A DNA stretch of 30,679 nt from a virus. Taxonomy: Duplodnaviria; Caudoviricetes. The notes under the pieces are model-generated. The model did not search any database and was not told the DNA's origin. It saw nothing but the letters and a program-made list of their open reading frames with translations. The DNA lies in IMG/VR virus record IMGVR_UViG_3300032218_000576, positions 1-30,679 of that record. The stretch is one strand, 5' to 3'. Below are positions 25,840 through 30,679 of the stretch, one piece after another (within the stretch, counting starts at the first letter, position 1; each line of letters opens with the position of its first letter). A program made the position numbers and the translations under genes.

Positions 25840-25891
25840 GGAAAAAACTCCTATAATGTGTTTGACAATTATGCCATCTACGGCGTAAAGT
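25829..25891. promoter_or_regulatory. Divergent promoter cluster at the head of the late operon
   Basis: Plus strand: TTGGTA-17-TATAAT (25829-25857) and TTGACA-18-TAAAGT (25862-25891); minus strand: TGGCATAAT. Confidence 0.5.
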
Positions 25892-25922
25892 CACCAAATC
25901 GTTAACCTTGCAAGGAAACATC

Positions 25923-26138
25923 ATGGGTAAAATGGACAAAGAAGTGTTTAAGTCTGGCGTGTCAGGCGAGAAAGTGCCTAAAGGCGTGTTGTCTTCGGAC
26001 ACCAGCGGCGAACGCATGGAAAAGCTTAAAGGCGGCGTGGCTATGGGCAAAGAAGACAAAACTGGTGCAAACAAGCTGTTTGATACTGGCCGCACCGCTG
26101 GCATTTGCTATTCGCATGACCGTTCGCACTACCGTTAA
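25923..26138 (+). CDS. Small Gly/Lys-rich late protein
   Basis: SD AAGGA; ATG 25923; MGKMDK/MGKEDK internal echo. Confidence 0.7.
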   Translation: MGKMDKEVFKSGVSGEKVPKGVLSSDTSGERMEKLKGGVAMGKEDKTGANKLFDTGRTAGICYSHDRSHYR

Positions 26139-26146
26139 ATAGCGAA

Positions 26147-26213
26147 GCCCAAACAGTCGAGCAGGACTGAATGGGCCTCTAGCCACAGCAAATAAGGAGA
26201 TTTGTCATGGTTG
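26147..26213 (+). promoter_or_regulatory. Two-hairpin element enclosing the RBS and start codon
   Basis: GCCCA..CAGTC/GACTG..TGGGC hairpin; then TAGCCA..GCAAAT [AAGGAG] ATTTGT..TGGTTG. Confidence 0.5.
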
Positions 26214-26422
26214 TTGAAAATTGTAAGGGCTGTAAGCACTTTCTGGACGTTATGCAAAACGTTGGAACGTGTCGCAGATTCCCTATCTATCAAAACCGCA
26301 GCCCAAACGAGGTATGCGGTGAGTTCTTTGGTAAAGCAGTTGCCGAAGTTACTCCCACTCCGGTGGGGGACTTTTTGCCCGTCAAACGCAAGTACACCAA
26401 GCGTGAGGTAAAAAATGATTAA
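26207..26422 (+). CDS. Small Cys-rich (metal-binding) protein
   Basis: CKGCKHF..GTCRRFP..CGEF; basic tail KRKYTKR. Confidence 0.75.
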   Translation: MVVENCKGCKHFLDVMQNVGTCRRFPIYQNRSPNEVCGEFFGKAVAEVTPTPVGDFLPVKRKYTKREVKND

Positions 26423-26696
26423 GCCATTGCGCGACAAGATCATTGTTAAACCTGTCCCTCGGATTAAGTCCGAGCTTTACATCCAGACCGCCGAGGTTGA
26501 CTGTGTAGGCTTTGTGGTGGCTGCTGGCCCTGATGCGCTTGAAATGGGCGTAAACGTAGGCGACAAGGTATATTTTGGAACATTGGCAAAAGACTACAAA
26601 GATGAATATTTGAAGTTTGAGCCGCTGATTTTGAATGACGAGCGCCACCTCAAGATGAGTTGGCAAGACATTTGTTTTGTTGAGGAAATAGAATGA
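26415..26696 (+). CDS. groES: GroES/Cpn10-like co-chaperonin
   Basis: IKPLRDKIIVKP, G.VVAAGPD, VNVGDKVYF, MSWQDI. Confidence 0.85.
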   Translation: MIKPLRDKIIVKPVPRIKSELYIQTAEVDCVGFVVAAGPDALEMGVNVGDKVYFGTLAKDYKDEYLKFEPLILNDERHLKMSWQDICFVEEIE

Positions 26697-26854
26697 CAGA
26701 AGATCAAATTAAAGCCAGAATGGACGAACTTATGGCCCAAGGTCGCCAGTTGGAGACCCAAATTCACATGATCAACGGTGCGCTTGAGCAGTGCAAATGG
26801 TCGCTTACTCAATTGGAGAAAAAAGATGCCCCTCAAGAAGTCAACCAGTCCTAA
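26693..26854 (+). CDS. 53-aa coiled-coil protein (MTEDQIKARMDEL...INGALEQC)
   Basis: Manual translation; ATGA-coupled; SD GAGG. Confidence 0.65.
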   Translation: MTEDQIKARMDELMAQGRQLETQIHMINGALEQCKWSLTQLEKKDAPQEVNQS

Positions 26855-26969
26855 AGCATTCCAAGCTAACCTGAAAACTGAGCTAAAGGCCGGAAAGCCC
26901 AAGGCTCAGGCTCTGGCAATTGCGTATTCGGAAAAGCGTGAAGCTGAGAAAAAGCAAAAAAAGAAATAA
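26826..26969 (+). CDS. 47-aa basic late protein (MPLKKSTS...GKP.AQALAIAYS)
   Basis: Widespread small phage motif NLKTELKAGKPKAQALAIA; SD GGAG. Confidence 0.75.
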   Translation: MPLKKSTSPKAFQANLKTELKAGKPKAQALAIAYSEKREAEKKQKKK

Positions 26970-26993
26970 AATCGGGTCAAACCGAGGATTTCT

Positions 26994-28100
26994 ATGCCAT
27001 CTCTAGCCGAACTGCTGCAACTTCAAAACAACTCTGATGGTTATGTTGGCTATCCACAGTTGCAACGTCAAGCCGCACGAATGAGGCAATCGCAAGCTGG
27101 TCGCATACCTGAAAACTTGCAAGACCCAAGAAGCTATGGTTTTGTTCGTGGAATGTTGGGAAGCACACCAGACGAGCTAGGAATGAGCGTTTTATCGCCT
27201 AACACGGCAAAAGCTAAAGAAGCGGCATATTATGGCAATCAATTGTCAAATCTTGCTCAAATTGCTTCTGTTGGCAGTCCTGCTTTAAAAAGCGCAGGTA
27301 AGTTGGCATTGGTTGAAGATTCTGCTGCAATGAAATTGGCTCAACAACGTGCATCTTTGCCAGCTTCTGAAAATGGTTTAGGACTACCAAAAAACAACAC
27401 GGCAGCAGATAGAGCAAGGGCTATGGGATTTGATACAGATGTTTATCATGGAACCACAAGCCCCAACATTCAGAGGTTTGACACATCATTGTCTGGCAAC
27501 AAAAGTGGAAATCCATTTGATGATTACGTTTTTTCCACTACAAGCCCAGAAAATGCAAGTGGCTACTCTTTAAACTGGAAATCTTATAAAAATTATGTAG
27601 AGCAACTACCGGAGTTTCGTTCGTTGCAAGAACAAAGAAATGAAATTTTAAAGCAGGTGGCTGAAGCTGCTGGTAAAGGAGAGCATTACAAAATTGTCCA
27701 ATTGCGTAAAGAATTAAATAGTATTAATGAAAATCAGCAAAAATTTTATGATGATTTTATGAGTGGCAAATATGTATCTGAAGGTGCAACTGTTTACCCT
27801 ATGAAGGTAAGAAGCCAAGACTTTATGCCTTATGAAGCAGAAGGTAAAAACTGGATGCGTGCAAATCGGCCTGCAATTGAAGAATCGCAAAGACAAGGTT
27901 ATGAAGGCGTTGCCATTAAAAACGTAAAAGACAATGCAGGAAAAGGGCTTGATGTTATTGCTGACACCTATGCCTCAAATAATCCTGATTTGTTTAGATT
28001 CCGTAATGCAGCTTTTGACCCTTGGAGAAAAACAGCCGCTATTGCTTCTGCAATGGGAGTTGCGGCCCCCGATTTAATGGCTAAGGAACGTAAAAAATGA
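26994..28100 (+). CDS. ART-PolyVal-like ADP-ribosyltransferase-fold protein
   Basis: RARAMGF..VYHGT..FD..VFSTT.P..AS.Y..VYPM..GYEGV.IKNV.D..AAFDP motif order; SD GAGG. Confidence 0.68.
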   Translation: MPSLAELLQLQNNSDGYVGYPQLQRQAARMRQSQAGRIPENLQDPRSYGFVRGMLGSTPDELGMSVLSPNTAKAKEAAYYGNQLSNLAQIASVGSPALKSAGKLALVEDSAAMKLAQQRASLPASENGLGLPKNNTAADRARAMGFDTDVYHGTTSPNIQRFDTSLSGNKSGNPFDDYVFSTTSPENASGYSLNWKSYKNYVEQLPEFRSLQEQRNEILKQVAEAAGKGEHYKIVQLRKELNSINENQQKFYDDFMSGKYVSEGATVYPMKVRSQDFMPYEAEGKNWMRANRPAIEESQRQGYEGVAIKNVKDNAGKGLDVIADTYASNNPDLFRFRNAAFDPWRKTAAIASAMGVAAPDLMAKERKK

Positions 28101-28204
28101 TTTGGTTAATTGATAAATACTTTGAAGGCCATTGGTTGTTTGACCGAATGATGGTCTTTCTTTATGGCGCTATTGTTTGCGCATTAACAGTTCTATATCT
28201 ATGA
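28097..28204 (+). CDS. 35-aa membrane peptide (MIWLIDKYFEGHWLFDRMMVFLYGAIVCALTVLYL)
   Basis: Manual translation; ATGA-coupled to both the ART gene and terS. Confidence 0.6.
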   Translation: MIWLIDKYFEGHWLFDRMMVFLYGAIVCALTVLYL

Positions 28205-28608
28205 CAGAAACAACCGAAAAACGCCCTGTTGGTAGACCATCAACCTATGACCCTGCCTATTGTGAGAAGGTCATTGAATTGGGCCGCATCGGTAAATCTG
28301 TAGAACAAATTGCCTCAGGGCTTAACGTTTCCTTACGTGTCTTATACGATTGGAGAGATAAGCACGAGGAATTTATGCACGCCATGGAATTAGCAAAACA
28401 ACATGAACTTGATTGGTGGGAAACAATGGCCCAAACTCACATGGTTGAGAACAAAGAAAGCGACAAATTGAACGCTTCAATCTGGTCACGTTCAATGGCA
28501 GCTAGATTCCCTAAGAAGTATCGGGAAAGCACAAAGACAGAGATTACTGGTGCAGATGGTGCGCCGTTGCTGTCTGGTATCCAAGTGACTTTTGTAAAGC
28601 CTGAATGA
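28201..28608 (+). CDS. terS: Terminase small subunit
   Basis: VGRPSTYDPAYCEKVI..HTH..LYDW..HEEF; EITGADGAP tail; directly before terL. Confidence 0.85.
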   Translation: MTETTEKRPVGRPSTYDPAYCEKVIELGRIGKSVEQIASGLNVSLRVLYDWRDKHEEFMHAMELAKQHELDWWETMAQTHMVENKESDKLNASIWSRSMAARFPKKYRESTKTEITGADGAPLLSGIQVTFVKPE

Positions 28609-29876
28609 CCCCAACCATAGCCAACGCTGAATTTCCGATCAAGCTGCAATGCTTGTTTGAGAAGTCGCGTTACAAAGTTCTTTATGGTGGCAGGGGCGGA
28701 GCTAAGTCTTGGGGCGTTGCTAGGGCGCTTTTGATCAAAGCAGCAAAAGAGCCGCTACGCATCCTTTGTGCGCGTGAGTTCATGACTTCAATGAAGGATT
28801 CGGTTCACAAGCTCTTGTGCGACCAGATCAATTCCCTTGGCCTGATTAGCTTCTACGAAATCACCCAGAGCAGCATCAAGGGCAAGAACGGGTCGGAATT
28901 CAGCTTTGTTGGCCTTAAAAACAACGTGGCAAACGTCAAGTCTTACGAAGGCGTGGACATTTGTTGGGTTGAAGAATCGCAGACCGTAAGCCGTATGTCT
29001 TGGAACGTGCTGATTCCTACCATCCGCAAGGAAGCCTCAGAAATCTGGATTACTTTTAACCCAGAGCTGGAGACAGACGAAACTTATCAAAGGTTTGTGC
29101 TGAATCCGCCTGATGACTGCAAGGTCGTCAAGATCAATTGGTCGGACAATCCTTGGTTTCCTGAGACACTACGCCTTGAAAAAGACGCTCTCAAGTCGCG
29201 TGACCCGCAAGCCTATAACGTGGTTTGGGAAGGTTTGTGCCGACAAACAGTAGATGGGGCTATCTTTGCCAAGGAAATGCAACTGGCAGAGCTTGATGGC
29301 CGGATTACAAAGGTCAACTACGACCCTATGAAGCCCGTCCACGCTGTTTTTGACTTAGGTTGGGCGGACAGTACAGCCATTTGGTTTGTGCAGTTTATCG
29401 GCATGGAAACGCGCTTGATTCGATATGTTGAGGACAACCAGCAGACGATCAGCCATTACTTGGCCTTAATGCAAACTTACGGGTATATCTACGATACGCT
29501 CTGGCTACCGCATGATGCTCAGAATAAAACTTTGGCCTCCAACGGAAAAAGCATTGAGGAAATCGTTAGGTCAGCAGGGTATAAAACCCGTGTGATTGAG
29601 CGCACACCGATTTTGGATTCAATCAACGCAGCCAGGACAACATTTAGAAATTGCTGGTTTGATAGGGAAAACTGTCACGATGGCTTACAATGTTTGAGAC
29701 ATTACCGTTATGAGGTAGACCCTGAAACAGGCCAATTTGGTAGGATGCCGCTGCATGACCAATATTCGCATGGCGCTGATGCTTTCAGGTATATCGGATT
29801 GATGGTTAATGAACCCAAGGCAAGACGCAAACAGCAGCCGCAGGGCTATGCTCAAGCATACGGATGGATGGGCTAA
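28605..29876 (+). CDS. terL: Terminase large subunit
   Basis: Walker A YGGRGGAKS, Walker B WVEE, TFNP, nuclease motifs FDLG..D and SHGADAFRY. Confidence 0.96.
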   Translation: MTPTIANAEFPIKLQCLFEKSRYKVLYGGRGGAKSWGVARALLIKAAKEPLRILCAREFMTSMKDSVHKLLCDQINSLGLISFYEITQSSIKGKNGSEFSFVGLKNNVANVKSYEGVDICWVEESQTVSRMSWNVLIPTIRKEASEIWITFNPELETDETYQRFVLNPPDDCKVVKINWSDNPWFPETLRLEKDALKSRDPQAYNVVWEGLCRQTVDGAIFAKEMQLAELDGRITKVNYDPMKPVHAVFDLGWADSTAIWFVQFIGMETRLIRYVEDNQQTISHYLALMQTYGYIYDTLWLPHDAQNKTLASNGKSIEEIVRSAGYKTRVIERTPILDSINAARTTFRNCWFDRENCHDGLQCLRHYRYEVDPETGQFGRMPLHDQYSHGADAFRYIGLMVNEPKARRKQQPQGYAQAYGWMG

Positions 29877-29878
29877 AA

Positions 29879-30679
29879 ATGGCTAAAGATACTGGCAACG
29901 ATTACGATTCACGCATTGAAGAAGCTAAACAGTTTCTGAAGTTCTGCAATGATGCGGACACGATGAATCGGCAGGAGGCTCTAGAAGACCTTAAGTTTGT
30001 CGGTGGCGACCAATGGCCCGTTGAACTGCAAAACTCCCGCAATCTTGAATCTCGCCCTGTTATCACCATCAATAAGCTCGATGGTTACTGCCGCCAGGTC
30101 TCAAATCAACAGCGCCAGCAACGTCCACGCATCAAGGTTCACGCGACCAACACGCATGAGCAGATGGTTGAGGCCCAAATTGTTCAAGGCTTGGTGCGCC
30201 ACGTTGAAGTGAATTCCAACGCAGATCACGCTTACGACAACGCTTTTGATTACGCTGTACGCATGGGTTGGGGCTTTATGCGGGTTCGGACTGATTACGT
30301 CAGCCCTGACAGCTTTGACCAAGAAATCTACATTGACCCTGTTGACAACCCGTTCACCGTCTATTTCGACCCCAATTCGGTTGCTCCTGATGGTTCAGAC
30401 GCAGAACGTTGCTTGGTTACAACAATGGTTCCCAAGGCTGAATTCAGAAAGATGTACCCAGAAGCCGATGATGGCGGTACGTCTTTCACGCAGCGCGGCA
30501 CAGGCGACAGCCAATCTGAGTGGATTACCAAAGAAGACATTCGTTTGGCTGAGTATTACTACACAGTACGCGAAAAGGCTACGCTTTACCTGTTAAGTGA
30601 TGGAACGTCTACTTTTGCTGACGACAAAGATTTCTTTAACCGCTTGCAAGCTGCAAAAATCACCGTGGTGGACAAGCGT
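29879..30679 (+). CDS. Portal protein, P22-like (partial, runs off the window)
   Basis: Manual translation MAKDTG..EDLKFVGGDQWP..RPVITINKL..NQQRQQRPRIKV..VYFDPNS..DGSDA; follows terL. Confidence 0.92.
   Translation, partial: MAKDTGNDYDSRIEEAKQFLKFCNDADTMNRQEALEDLKFVGGDQWPVELQNSRNLESRPVITINKLDGYCRQVSNQQRQQRPRIKVHATNTHEQMVEAQIVQGLVRHVEVNSNADHAYDNAFDYAVRMGWGFMRVRTDYVSPDSFDQEIYIDPVDNPFTVYFDPNSVAPDGSDAERCLVTTMVPKAEFRKMYPEADDGGTSFTQRGTGDSQSEWITKEDIRLAEYYYTVREKATLYLLSDGTSTFADDKDFFNRLQAAKITVVDKR

Noticed and set aside
29997-30596. Short ORFs 29997-30212, 30101-30322 and 30246-30596
   Set aside because: Alternate frames of the portal gene, which the track missed because it has no stop in the window
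1-30679. Diversity-generating retroelement, CRISPR array, invertase cassette, intein/intron, stop-codon recoding
   Set aside because: No RT or site-specific recombinase, no TR/VR pair or spaced repeats seen; TerL is normal length; genes are intact in the standard code with all three stops used

Overview
This window is most of the genome of a P22-like (short-tailed) dsDNA bacteriophage with a lambdoid layout, read as a circular permutation. 30-13494 (+) holds virion genes: a fibre cassette, then P22-like gp4, an HNH gene, gp10, a gp26-position protein, gp14/GNAT, three DNA-ejection proteins and a short collar-domain fibre. 13496-15772 (+) is a membrane-protein-rich lysis module ending in an M15 peptidase endolysin. 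15769-20712 (-) is the early-left operon (ERF recombinase, YqaJ exonuclease, SSB-like protein, NUMOD4-HNH and many small mosaic genes). A divergent promoter/operator region drives a leaderless cro-like gene. 20847-25635 (+) is the early-right operon (MazG, replication initiator with iterons, RusA, NinB, YbcO-like). From 25923 the late/packaging operon carries GroES, an ART-PolyVal-like ADP-ribosyltransferase, TerS, TerL and the start of the portal. Scaffold and coat genes fall outside the window. I saw no CI repressor, integrase, tRNA, CRISPR array or reverse transcriptase. The gene families resemble uncultured freshwater phages, probably of Betaproteobacteria; the host is inferred only. Best leads: (1) a promoter-proximal two-hairpin RNA with perfectly complementary 7-nt loops and a terminator-like tail upstream of the replication initiator; (2) a stand-alone ART-PolyVal-like effector coupled to a small membrane peptide that has an apparent paralogue in the early operon; (3) a modular fibre system with shared docking domains; (4) a lysis-region gene with a probable ATT start. 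All calls come from motif recognition by eye; no database searches were run.
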